Source of the DNA: Bacteroidetes bacterium HGW-Bacteroidetes-4
Lineage (GTDB): Bacteria > Bacteroidota > Bacteroidia > Bacteroidales > SZUA-534
NCBI GenBank assembly: GCA_002840905.1
Contig: PHDD01000004.1
Location: 102,921-166,920 of the forward strand
Reading direction: 5' to 3'
DNA length: 64,000 nucleotides
Shown: positions 8,703 to 18,069 of the stretch, one piece after another
Position numbering within the stretch: the first letter of the stretch is position 1
Layout: each line of letters starts with the position of its first letter
Notes under the pieces: generated by a model
The model's database searches: none
Told to the model about the DNA's origin: nothing
The model's input: only the letters and a program-made list of their open reading frames with translations
Program-made: the position numbers and the translations under genes

Positions 8703-9213
8703 TATTACAAGCCAAATCTTGATAATTTACTTGTTTTTTTGGTGGTTACTTTTGATTTTTAAACCTTGCTGTTTTATCAATGGTAAACAATATTTTGTTT
8801 TGACTCAACATCTATTTGATAACATTCACCCGTTTTGTCCAAACATTGTATGTGACATTTATGTAATTGATTAAAAAGTTCTGCAACCCCTTGAATTCGA
8901 CCCATTCCCAGCTAGTTTAGCGTCATTTACACTTGAATTAAGGATATTATTCACAGAGGGAGGCAAGTCATCCTTAGTTTTTCATAAATGTTAGTAATTT
9001 TTTGACTCCTGCTTTCCCTTTTTTTGAAAGTGAAACCTAAAACCAAGTAATAACCAAAATAAAATGCTGTTCCAAGATGCTTTTGCAACATCAACACGCC
9101 TTCTATCGAACGAATTAACAAATTGATCAACTCAATAGAGTGCAGGGATTTAATGTCAGCAATTTGGTTTTCCTCCATTGATTTCTTAATAAAAAAGTCA
9201 CCGCGTATAAATC

Positions 9214-9504
9214 TTATATAGACTTTCGTACGTTAAAACGGCCGGGAGAAATTTGTCTGGATTGCCAGCAGGAGTCAAACACATAAGCTTTGGTAAGTGC
9301 CACACTTTCCGCTTTAAAGAGCTCATCCATGGTATCGAAATCGACACCCAGGTAATCGCAAATATTATGAATACCGTTCAACACATATTTACATACCAGG
9401 TCTGGAATCCTTGAATAAGTTGTGTTTGCTCAGGCTATAGCTGTTCCCACATTCCAGGTATTGGAATAATCGACCTTTTCTGCCGATTTATAGTCGTTTG
9501 GTCC
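9214..9504 (-). pseudogene. Decayed gene remnant, possibly the central domain of a UDP-glucose/GDP-mannose-dehydrogenase-family gene
   Basis: My minus-strand translation reads GPNDYKSAEKVDYSNTWNVGTAIA*ANTTYSRIPDLVCKYVLNGIHNICDYLGVDFDTMDELFKAESVALTKAYVFDSCWQSRQISPGRFNVRKSI*. There is an in-frame TGA at 9430-9432, further stops upstream, and no start. N.I.NIC...G.D and ..I....FN resemble nucleotide-sugar dehydrogenases from memory. The catalytic GGxC region is absent. Confidence 0.35.
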
Positions 9505-9713
9505 CTATCGAATACCTTAACTATAAAATGGAATAGCAACTTTACAATCAATATCCGTTAGAAAGTACTTTATTTCAATAAAAAAGGGAGGAAATTCAGC
9601 AACATTTGAGCCAGTGAACATAGAAATAATGATAAAATGGATGAACGAACTCTAACTGCCAGTTACTATAGCGAGTTTGGTTCTCCATGCTCCTGCATCA
9701 ATAAAACATTTCG

Positions 9714-9721
9714 TATTTTTG
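9714..9721 (+). promoter_or_regulatory. Candidate -7 promoter box (TAnnTTTG)
   Basis: TATTTTTG lies 27 nt upstream of ATG 9748. This supports the shorter start for the transglutaminase-like gene. Confidence 0.35.
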
Positions 9722-9747
9722 TATTGTTAATCATTAAAACTTATACC

Positions 9748-10782
9748 ATGCGTTTATTTATTACTTTACCACTTCTTTTTGTTATCAGCACAAGCGTTTG
9801 GGGACAAGTTCGAGGGCAGACTTTCAACGCCATTGACCATCACGCCAAAAATACTCCGGCATCGGCCACACGAACGATTGAAAAACTTGCGGCGTACTTA
9901 AACCAAAACACCCAAACCGATTTGGAAAAGGTTCGCTCCTATTACACCTGGATTACCAATCATATTGCTTACGACACAAAATCGTTTTTTAGCGGTAAGT
10001 CGACACCGGAAACAAACGCCGAAAACACCTTAAAAAACCGCAAGGCCATTTGCCAGGGCTATTCCGAATTGTTTAAAGCCTTGTGCGATTACAGCAACAT
10101 TCCCTGTTACATAGTTTCGGGCTACAGCAAGGGATACGGCTACCGTGAGGGCAAGAAATTTATTGAAGCCGATCATGCCTGGAACGTGGTTTTTGTTGAC
10201 CAGCAATGGCAATTGCTCGATGCTACCTGGGGTGCAGGCCATGTGGACGACATGCAAAAATTTATTCATGAAACCACCTACGATTTCTTTTTAACTCCTC
10301 CTGAAATTTTTATCTTAAAACACCTGCCTTCCGATCCCATGTGGCAATTGCTCCCTTGCCCTATTTCGTTAGCCGATTTTGCTAAAAACGATGCGGCCAT
10401 TACAGCTAAAATTAATGAAAGTAAACCCTGTTTTAATTTCAATGATACGCTTGCCGCTTTTCAACAACTAAACAAGGTGGAACAAATGACAAATTCGGCC
10501 GACCGGGCTTACCGCTTTAACCCCACCAACGTTGAAGCCCCTGGTTTTGCCTACCTGAACATGGCTTTTGAAATGGGCAGTGAACTCAAAAAACATTACG
10601 ATAATAAAGATTACAAAAAAGCGCTTGAACTGAATCAACATCTGTTGCTTATCAATCAAAAAGCTTACGGATATTTAAAACAAAGCAAATCGGCACAGGG
10701 GAAAAATGCCGCCACTATTTGCAAGCAAAACATCAGCTCGTTAAAAAACAATATAAAAAGTCTGGAACAGTTTTTAAAATAA
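9748..10782 (+). CDS. Secreted transglutaminase-like cysteine-protease-fold protein with helical C-terminal domain
   Basis: Signal MRLFITLPLLFVISTSVWGQ. Cys-His-Asp core at AICQGYSELF, ADHAWNVVF and LLDATWG. The ORF-track start 9637 lies upstream of the candidate promoter and adds a non-signal leader. Confidence 0.75.
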   Translation: MRLFITLPLLFVISTSVWGQVRGQTFNAIDHHAKNTPASATRTIEKLAAYLNQNTQTDLEKVRSYYTWITNHIAYDTKSFFSGKSTPETNAENTLKNRKAICQGYSELFKALCDYSNIPCYIVSGYSKGYGYREGKKFIEADHAWNVVFVDQQWQLLDATWGAGHVDDMQKFIHETTYDFFLTPPEIFILKHLPSDPMWQLLPCPISLADFAKNDAAITAKINESKPCFNFNDTLAAFQQLNKVEQMTNSADRAYRFNPTNVEAPGFAYLNMAFEMGSELKKHYDNKDYKKALELNQHLLLINQKAYGYLKQSKSAQGKNAATICKQNISSLKNNIKSLEQFLK

Positions 10783-10798
10783 CCGGCTAGTTGATTAC

Positions 10799-12574
10799 TT
10801 ATTCCTTACAAATAGAGAAGACGAATTCGATGCCTCCGGTTTTTAAATTTTTAGCCGAAATCTCGCCTTTATGAAACAACACCCCATTTTTAACAATGGC
10901 CAAACCCAAGCCTGTGCCACCCATAGAACGCGAACGTCCGCTGTCGACCCTGTAAAAGCGTTCAAAAATACGTATCAGGTGCTTTTCGGGAATTCCGGTA
11001 CCAGAATCGGCGTAGGAGAAATATAAAAACTTTTCGTCTTCGTGGTAGTTTTTAATGCTGATTGTTATTCCGGCCCCGGCGTAATTTACCGAGTTTTCCA
11101 AAAGGTTTCGCCAAATGGAGAAAAACACTGAACGATTTGCCTTTATCATTAAATTAGAAGGTAAATCGGATTTAACGGTAATTTGCTGCTCCTCAATTCG
11201 TGTCCGTAAATCATCGATGGCTTCATTAATAACGGTTTTAACATCAACCGGTTCCAATTCGAACAAATCGGACGCTTCTTCAATTTTATTGAGCAGGGAA
11301 AGGTCTTGTATCAACGAGGTTAAGCGTTGCGATTGAGCATAAGCCCTTTCCATAAAAAACAGGTGCTGCTCGTCACTCATTTTTGTATTCAGCATGGTTT
11401 CGAGGTAACCCAGAATGCTACTTACCGGAGTTTTTAATTCGTGGGCAATATTGCTGGTCATTTGCTGCTTCAGTTTTTTCTCTTTTTCGAGTTTGGTAAC
11501 ATCGTTTATCGAAATCTCGAAACTACGGTCTTTAAACACAATGGCCTGAATCACAAAATACTTTCCACTTTTGTGTATGGTTAGAATATTGCTCGATAAA
11601 TCGGACAAAAAACTATCGCTATCCTTATCGAGATTTTGATTGATAAAATCGTTGATGGGTTTTAATTCTTTTATTTCGAAGAATTTGCGTGGAGTAACCG
11701 ACGAAACATCAGATATAACATTCAGGTATTGAATAAAATGATTATTTGCCAGAAGTTGTTTTTTCTTTTTGGAAAAAACGGCAATTCCCTCGTGCGATAT
11801 CTGTAAATGCCGGAACAATTTTTCACGCTCGGCTGCCAGTTCCTGTTTGGTAAGCTGCAAACGACGGTACACTTCAACAATCTGATTGCCGATAATCCCC
11901 AGTTCATTATTGGGAAATTTCACTTCAAAATCCACATTTTTTCCATCGGCTGCCTGAGTGGCAAACTGATGCAGGGTAGAAATCGATTTGCCAAAGCGGT
12001 CAGAAAGGTAAATTAAGAATACCGCAAAAAGCACAAACAGAAACAAAATAACATAGATAAAAAAGGTGTCTACCTTCAGGTAATTCTCAACCTGAATGTT
12101 ATAGGGCAAAGCCGCGCGAACAAAGTAGCGGTTAAAATTAATGGCACAGTAGTAATAATCGCGTTTGGTTGAGGTTGAAAAGCGGATGCTTTTTCCAAAA
12201 TCCTTGTGCAACGATTCCTGAATTTCGGGCCGTTGCAAATGGTTTTCCAGGGCTTCATAATCTTCAACAAAAGAATCGAACAATACCGAACCCCGCTTAT
12301 CGATTACCGTCATTCGCAAATCGGATTGCGGAAAGGTATGGATAAACTTACTCAGGGTTTCGAGTTCTTTTTTTTCAAATAAATTATTTTCTAAAATATA
12401 CCCGTTTAAAATATTGATGTAAGTGAGCAGCGTGTTTTCGAGTTGGGTTACCCGGTAAAGGCGCTCGCGCTGATACTGAAAACCGCCAATGGCCATAGCA
12501 AAAGCAACAAAAAGAAAAAAGAAATTATAAAAAAGCTTTCGCCGGTAACGCGATACATTTTTCAGTTTAATCAT
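10799..12574 (-). CDS. Sensor histidine kinase (two TM segments, PAS, HisKA, HATPase)
   Basis: H-box SNIAHELKTPVSSILGY, N-box NLLENSVNY, G-boxes ADSGTGIP and [10 protein letters not shown]. Two hydrophobic segments flank a ~140-aa outside domain. Confidence 0.9.
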   Translation of the reverse strand: MIKLKNVSRYRRKLFYNFFFLFVAFAMAIGGFQYQRERLYRVTQLENTLLTYINILNGYILENNLFEKKELETLSKFIHTFPQSDLRMTVIDKRGSVLFDSFVEDYEALENHLQRPEIQESLHKDFGKSIRFSTSTKRDYYYCAINFNRYFVRAALPYNIQVENYLKVDTFFIYVILFLFVLFAVFLIYLSDRFGKSISTLHQFATQAADGKNVDFEVKFPNNELGIIGNQIVEVYRRLQLTKQELAAEREKLFRHLQISHEGIAVFSKKKKQLLANNHFIQYLNVISDVSSVTPRKFFEIKELKPINDFINQNLDKDSDSFLSDLSSNILTIHKSGKYFVIQAIVFKDRSFEISINDVTKLEKEKKLKQQMTSNIAHELKTPVSSILGYLETMLNTKMSDEQHLFFMERAYAQSQRLTSLIQDLSLLNKIEEASDLFELEPVDVKTVINEAIDDLRTRIEEQQITVKSDLPSNLMIKANRSVFFSIWRNLLENSVNYAGAGITISIKNYHEDEKFLYFSYADSGTGIPEKHLIRIFERFYRVDSGRSRSMGGTGLGLAIVKNGVLFHKGEISAKNLKTGGIEFVFSICKE

Positions 12575-12634
12575 TACAACAATACAATAATTTTGGGTAA
12601 AGTTAAAAGTAAAAAATTAGATTGGTTCAAAAAC

Positions 12635-13351
12635 TTAGGTATTTACTGTAGCCAAAGGCTGGGCATCAAAATAATAACCATAACCTGAGCGTGTAACAAT
12701 GCATTTACCCCAGGCTCCCAGTTTTTTGCGTATCCGGGTAATATTCACATCAACCGCACGATCGGAAATGTAAGGCTGATCGCTCCAAATGCTGTTTATA
12801 AGGTCGTCGCGTGAATATACTTTTCCGGGCTGTTGATAAAGCGTTGTTAAAATATCGTATTCGGTACGTGTTAAATCGATGGCTGTTTTTCCAATGAACA
12901 CCTTTTTTTGCTGGGCATCAATCTGAAAACCCGATGAATTATTTACAGTAGTTTGGACCTGCATTTGATAGCGGTCAAGTACGGCCTTAACCCGAACCAA
13001 GACTTCGTTTATGGAAAAAGGTTTGCGCACATAATCGTCGGCACCAATGGTAAACCCTTTGAGCAAATGGCTCTCGGAACTCATGGCAGTAACAAAAATG
13101 ACCGGCATTTTCAATTTTTTCTCATTCCGGATAATGGAAAGCATCTCGAACCCGGAAATTTTTTCCATCATTACATCCAATAAAATAAGATTGTACTTTA
13201 ACAGATTCAACTGCAAAGCTTCCTCCGCTGAATTTACCACATCGACCTGATAACCGTTTGCTTCGAGGTTGAATTGCAATATCTGACACAAATCGGGCTC
13301 ATCATCAACCACCAGAATCCGTGTTGTTTGTTTGTATTCTTTTATGTTCAT
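12635..13351 (-). CDS. OmpR/PhoB-family response regulator
   Basis: Receiver signature ILVVDDEPD, LILLDVMM, VIFVTA and DDYVRKPF. C-terminal winged helix (RTEYDILTTL.., VDVNITRIRKKL). Confidence 0.9.
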   Translation of the reverse strand: MNIKEYKQTTRILVVDDEPDLCQILQFNLEANGYQVDVVNSAEEALQLNLLKYNLILLDVMMEKISGFEMLSIIRNEKKLKMPVIFVTAMSSESHLLKGFTIGADDYVRKPFSINEVLVRVKAVLDRYQMQVQTTVNNSSGFQIDAQQKKVFIGKTAIDLTRTEYDILTTLYQQPGKVYSRDDLINSIWSDQPYISDRAVDVNITRIRKKLGAWGKCIVTRSGYGYYFDAQPLATVNT

Positions 13352-13454
13352 ACGGCTTGAAACGCTATATTAATTTTTCCTGACAAAAATATTACAAGAG
13401 AAAATAAAACAGGTTAACTCAATATTAAGTTAACCTGAAGTTTAAAGGTATTAA

Positions 13455-13530
13455 GCTGCCCCCGATTGTTTGAATTACACTAACAACATTTAGTTTATTT
13501 AGATTTTTGAAACACTAAACTGGGGGCAGC
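13455..13530 (-). other. Long-loop inverted repeat between the lipoprotein gene and the response-regulator gene (possible terminator/attenuator or RNA processing structure)
   Basis: GCTGCCCCC (13455-13463) and GGGGGCAGC (13522-13530) are perfect complements separated by 58 nt that contain further AGTTTA/TAAACT pairing. No clean U-tail on the minus strand. Confidence 0.4.
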
Positions 13531-13545
13531 CCTAATAATAAAAAA

Positions 13546-14604
13546 TTAGTTGATACTAAACCAAGTCCAGGTTGAGATATCCAATTTGATATTGTTTTTA
13601 CCTGAATTCAACGTGTATAAGGTTGTTTGGCCTTCAATAAGCGTAGCATCGGCATCAGCACCATCAATCTGTACGTTAGCTAAAGCTCCACCATCTTTCA
13701 TGTCCAAATCAGCTGCATAACCTTCGAGATACAGGCCGGTAATTGTGGCACCCGATTCTTTTTTGAATTGCAGTGCAGTTCCACCGGTGGTTGAAACAGC
13801 AGTTAAGTTAATCAACTTTGGATTTTGATTGTCTTTATCGCCTTCAACAACAGTTGAAAATCCCTCGATGGTATGCTCCACATATGCATTTTCAACGGTT
13901 CCGTTCCATCCTTCGGTCCAGTCGATGGCGTCGTCTTCGTTGTTCTCGAGGTAAAGGTTGGTAACAGAAACGGTTCCGCCAAAAAACTCAATACCATCGT
14001 CGGCTCCGTTAATTATGGCAATGTTTTCGAGCGTTGTTTGTGAACCCACGGCATATAAAGAAACGCCGTTGTATTGCGATTCGGAATTAATCTGGGCTCC
14101 GGTTCCTTTAATTACCAGGTATTTTACCGAACCAGAATTGTCTGTATCTACAGTTCCACCGTATTTGAATCCGCCCACTTCGGCTTCGGCATTAACCCCG
14201 GCAGTCGTTGTTGCTTTTCCACAAATGGTTAAACCGCCCCAGTCGCCTGGTTTAGCATCAGCCGATGACATGACAACGGGATTGGTTGCAGTTCCCTGTA
14301 TATCAATTTTACCTCCCATTAAAACAGCCACATACACTTCGGTTCCAGCGGCAACAGCATTAATTTTAGTTCCGGCCGGAATGGTCAAAGTAAATCCATC
14401 GGGAACAATAAACGAACCTGTAAGCTGGTATTGTACTGTGGCGCTTAAGGTGTAATTTTCGGTTAAAGTACCACTCATAATACCTTTTTCAAGATTCTCA
14501 ATAACCGCTTGTTTGGGTTGGGGCGTTTCTTCACTGTCGCAAGCTGATAATACCATAGTTGCCAGTAAAGCAAGACCAAAAATTTTAAATGCAATGTTTT
14601 TCAT
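13546..14604 (-). CDS. Lipoprotein of unknown function, beta-helix-like repeats
   Basis: Lipobox ..MVLSAC. Repeated short beta-strand units such as NIAIINGADDGIEFFGGTVSV and NLYLENNEDDAIDWTEGWNG are reminiscent of parallel beta-helix proteins. Starts 35 nt after the TBDR stop. Confidence 0.55.
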   Translation of the reverse strand: MKNIAFKIFGLALLATMVLSACDSEETPQPKQAVIENLEKGIMSGTLTENYTLSATVQYQLTGSFIVPDGFTLTIPAGTKINAVAAGTEVYVAVLMGGKIDIQGTATNPVVMSSADAKPGDWGGLTICGKATTTAGVNAEAEVGGFKYGGTVDTDNSGSVKYLVIKGTGAQINSESQYNGVSLYAVGSQTTLENIAIINGADDGIEFFGGTVSVTNLYLENNEDDAIDWTEGWNGTVENAYVEHTIEGFSTVVEGDKDNQNPKLINLTAVSTTGGTALQFKKESGATITGLYLEGYAADLDMKDGGALANVQIDGADADATLIEGQTTLYTLNSGKNNIKLDISTWTWFSIN

Positions 14605-14639
14605 TTTTCAAGATTGTTTAATTAATAAATAGTAAAAGT

Positions 14640-17384
14640 TTAATTCAAGTTTATATTGATGCCCAGCCCCAGCCGGACTCCTTTTTTATAAGACATAAGC
14701 ACTTCGTTTGTTACCACGCCATTGTTCAGCGATTTAATTTCCTGGGTTTGTTCAATGTCAGGATTCAGTAAGTTTTTCCCGTAAAGCTTAACTGACACCC
14801 TGTCTGAGAACTTTTTAGTTAATACCACATCGAGCGACACAAAACCTTTTTCGATGATTTCGCTGTTAAACAAGGTGGCACTGTTTGTAAAATCTTCGGG
14901 CGAACCTAAAGCAAAAATTCTATCGGAAGCGTAATTAGCAGTAAGTGTTGCCGTAAATTCGTTTAGTGTATTGCTTGAAAAACCCAGGGAACTGTTTACA
15001 ATAAAGTCGGAGGCTCCCTGCAAACCAATGGTGGTTTTGTTATTGTATTGAAATTCTTCAAGCAAATCCTGACGAAACCACATTTTTGTAGCATTAAAGC
15101 TTAATTTTAATCCGGGTTTACCCAAAGCTACTGATTCAAATAAATCGATTCGAGTTTCGAACTCAAAGCCATAAACCTCAGCTTTATCGCCGGTGTTTTC
15201 ATAAATAAAATTACCCGACGATCCACGTGTTTGGGTTAGGTTGATGGGCTGGTTTATTACTTTATAAAAACCGGCTAAAGAAACGAGTTCTTTTGGCTTG
15301 GGAAACAGCTCCCATTTTACATCGAAATTGTAGTTTGTTGAACTTTGTAAATCAGGGTTTCCCTTGGTAACGCGCCCTACCGGCGAAACATATTCAAATG
15401 GAGCCAGCTCTTTAAATTCGGGCAGGGTAATGGTTTTACTGCCTGCAAAGCGCAACGCACTTTTTTCACTTAACTGGTATTTTAAGTTTAAAGCTGGCAA
15501 CAGGTTTTCATAGGTGTTCGAACCCGCTCCTATCCGGCCAACATAATTAGCCACATCCCAATCCACCTTAATCTGATCCCTTTCGTAGCGTAATCCCAGA
15601 TTGCCACTAAACCGGGTAAATAAAAAATCGATGTTGGCATACCCGGCATAAACTCCCAAGCGGGCTGAATAAAAATCAAATGGACGTTCCCTAAGAATTA
15701 AATCGCCCGACTGATATAAAGTTTCATTCAAAAGGGCTTCGTCTATATTATCGGCCGATTCCACTCTCACACCTTTAGCTCTTACGCCAATAAAAAGCGA
15801 ATTAAAATCGCGATGCTTGTTTCGAAAGTCCGTACCTACATTTGCAATTAACCGGGAATTATCGTTATCAATAAACCGAAACTCATCTTTTATATATCCT
15901 GTAAGTTCCACATCGGTAATATTTTGTTGCGATTTTCGCTGCTGAAAGTCGCCTACATGGGCAAACTGATAGCTCCCATCATCCATCCGGTTAAATTCAT
16001 TCCGAATTCGGTTGGGCTCATCGGCTTTTACCCGATTAAAGGCTAAGGCCCATCGTGCGATGTTCTTTTTACTCAACTCATGTGAACCCAGCAATTGATT
16101 TATACTGATTTGGGTTTGCTTTAGGTTTTGATCGCGTACAAAAGCTCCATATTCCGAAGGATCCTGATCAAATACATAGCCTTCACCATTGCGGCCCTGC
16201 TCATACAACTGATCGCTGGATTTAAAAAGCATCAGGCTATTCAAACTAATCTGATGCTTATTGTTGATTTGATAAACCAGGTTTAAAAGCCCGGTGGTGT
16301 TCATCTTTGTTTCAAACTCTTCCACATCGGTAAAAGAATTATCCAACACATTAGAGCGGTATTTTTTAAATATTCCCTGAGAATAATCGGACGAAACATT
16401 ATGAGAAAGTGTAGCAAAGAATGATAAATTGTTGTTAAAAACTTTCAATTGCTTACCGCCCGCCAGCGAAAACCCGTAATTCAAGGGAAGGCTTCGCGAA
16501 AGAGTATTCCAACTCTGCCGGCTTACGGCATCGGTTGTGCTGTACTTACGATGGTAGAAACCTAAAGATAAATCGTTGAAGTTTTGCGTAGACTTAAATG
16601 CTCCAAAGCCATTGGTTAGTATATTGGTATTGGTTCCTGAGGATAAGTTAAGTGTAAGCTTTTGCGCGGTATTTTTTGAACTGATATCGACCAGACCTGA
16701 AGTTTGATCGGCATAGCTTGCCACGGAATACGTTTTACTAATGCCCAGGTTTTCGATAATATCGGTGGGAAACAAATTCAGGTCGATGTTCTTTTTATCT
16801 ACATCGTCCGATGGTATGGGCAGGCCATTCATGGTAGTTAATAAATACCGGTCCCCCAGCCCGCGAATATATATTTCGCTGGAACCTTCGCTTTTGGTTA
16901 CTCCCGAAATTTTAGTGCTGGCAGCAGCTGCATCAGAAACACCCATGGCTGAAAGCTGCTGAGCACCGATACTTTCTTTTATTAAACCCGCATTTTTTTG
17001 TTCCAGAATTAAAGCCACTTCGCTTTCGCGATTCATTTTGGCTACTACTTCAACTCCTTCAATGGCAATCCCCTCAGGTTTCATTTGAATATTTACTGTA
17101 ACCGTTCCTCCGGCAGTAATTTCAACTTGTTTTTTAAAAGTTTCGTAACCCATAAAAGCACATATCAATACATAACTTCCGGGTTGAGTGCTTATAGAAA
17201 AATTACCGTCAAAATCGCTGGTGGTTCCAATGGTAGTTCCTTCAAAATAAACGTTGGCAAACGGAAGCGGAACCTGCTGGTTGTTTATCTCCTCAGTTAA
17301 AACACCCTGAATAATACCTTTTTGTGCAATTCCATTTACACCCATAAAAAGGGTTAAAAAAATAAATACTAATTTTCTTTTCAT
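14640..17384 (-). CDS. TonB-dependent receptor with N-terminal carboxypeptidase-regulatory-like domain (not SusC type)
   Basis: Start taken at MKRKLVFIFLTLF (17384) rather than 17405. CarboxypepD_reg-like GIIQGVL..PFANVYFEGTTIGTTSDFDGNFSI, plug region (IYIRGLGDRY), then a long beta-barrel. Confidence 0.85.
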   Translation of the reverse strand: MKRKLVFIFLTLFMGVNGIAQKGIIQGVLTEEINNQQVPLPFANVYFEGTTIGTTSDFDGNFSISTQPGSYVLICAFMGYETFKKQVEITAGGTVTVNIQMKPEGIAIEGVEVVAKMNRESEVALILEQKNAGLIKESIGAQQLSAMGVSDAAAASTKISGVTKSEGSSEIYIRGLGDRYLLTTMNGLPIPSDDVDKKNIDLNLFPTDIIENLGISKTYSVASYADQTSGLVDISSKNTAQKLTLNLSSGTNTNILTNGFGAFKSTQNFNDLSLGFYHRKYSTTDAVSRQSWNTLSRSLPLNYGFSLAGGKQLKVFNNNLSFFATLSHNVSSDYSQGIFKKYRSNVLDNSFTDVEEFETKMNTTGLLNLVYQINNKHQISLNSLMLFKSSDQLYEQGRNGEGYVFDQDPSEYGAFVRDQNLKQTQISINQLLGSHELSKKNIARWALAFNRVKADEPNRIRNEFNRMDDGSYQFAHVGDFQQRKSQQNITDVELTGYIKDEFRFIDNDNSRLIANVGTDFRNKHRDFNSLFIGVRAKGVRVESADNIDEALLNETLYQSGDLILRERPFDFYSARLGVYAGYANIDFLFTRFSGNLGLRYERDQIKVDWDVANYVGRIGAGSNTYENLLPALNLKYQLSEKSALRFAGSKTITLPEFKELAPFEYVSPVGRVTKGNPDLQSSTNYNFDVKWELFPKPKELVSLAGFYKVINQPINLTQTRGSSGNFIYENTGDKAEVYGFEFETRIDLFESVALGKPGLKLSFNATKMWFRQDLLEEFQYNNKTTIGLQGASDFIVNSSLGFSSNTLNEFTATLTANYASDRIFALGSPEDFTNSATLFNSEIIEKGFVSLDVVLTKKFSDRVSVKLYGKNLLNPDIEQTQEIKSLNNGVVTNEVLMSYKKGVRLGLGININLN

Positions 17385-17649
17385 TCTACAATTCAATTCA
17401 AACATTCAATAAAACAGTGTTTCAAAAATCTGCAACAATGTTAGCCACATCATGTTTTTTGGAGATTATGCGAACATTAACCTTCAATGTTATATGTGTT
17501 ACAAAAGCATTACATATTTTATTTAAAGTTTAAACCCGATGAGCTATTCAGCAGTCTGTCAGCATAGCATTGCTGTAAAAGCTCCTTTTATGCTGGTTTT
17601 TGGTGTAATTAAGATTAACTTTACAAACAATTAATAAGCAAAACAAGTC

Positions 17650-18069
17650 ATGGATGATTTATTAAGAAACAAGGGAATTTTGATTAACGGGCAGGTGCAC
17701 TTGTCGCCCAAAGAAGCTCATGAACTTAGCTTGCAGGGAGCTGTTTTTGTGGATGTTCGTGAGGAATTTATGAGTCATATTAAAACTTTTGATGTAACAA
17801 AAATTTTTATTGCACCCCTGCGAACCTTTAAAGAAGGGCTTGAAAAATTACCTAAAAATAAACTGCTTATTTTTGTAGATGCAACCGGTATAAAAAGCAA
17901 GCACGCCATGGAATATGCCAGCGAAATGGGACTTGCAAACATTGCCAACCTGGCAGGCGGACTGGTTGCCTGGGAACGCCAAGGCATGCCAACAATTACT
18001 TATCAGCGGATGCGGGTTGCCGGACATAGCCGTTGCGAATTCGTTCATAAAGATCATATTGGCCAATAG
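17650..18069 (+). CDS. Rhodanese-homology-domain protein, apparently non-catalytic
   Basis: Rhodanese fold pattern (VFVDVRE.., LLIFVDATGIKSKHA, LAGGLVAWERQG). The active-site Cys position is Asp (FVDATG). Confidence 0.7.
   Translation: MDDLLRNKGILINGQVHLSPKEAHELSLQGAVFVDVREEFMSHIKTFDVTKIFIAPLRTFKEGLEKLPKNKLLIFVDATGIKSKHAMEYASEMGLANIANLAGGLVAWERQGMPTITYQRMRVAGHSRCEFVHKDHIGQ

Noticed and set aside
8951-9178. 75-aa minus-strand ORF in the decayed region.
   Set aside because: No recognisable motif and no promoter or terminator context. It is probably a chance ORF or a relic, so I do not call it a gene.
9637-9747. Track start at 9637 for the transglutaminase-like ORF.
   Set aside because: It adds 37 non-signal residues ahead of a clear signal peptide, and it lies upstream of a TAnnTTTG box at 9714-9721.
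13958-14455. 165-aa + strand ORF antisense to the lipoprotein gene. Similar antisense ORFs occur at 5267-5713, 23552-24157, 25196-25645, 40399-40746, 38794-39129 and 60551-61087.
   Set aside because: These are shadow ORFs lying wholly or largely inside stronger genes on the opposite strand. Their low-complexity P/S/T/A-rich translations lack motifs.
17385-17649. Possible riboswitch (for example cobalamin) or Pho-box in the TBDR leader. I noted three TGTTA(G/T/C) repeats at 17439-17444, 17488-17494 and 17497-17503.
   Set aside because: No cobalamin B12-box-like or other riboswitch core is recognisable. The TGTTA repeats are short and AT-rich, so they could be chance. This is insufficient for a call.
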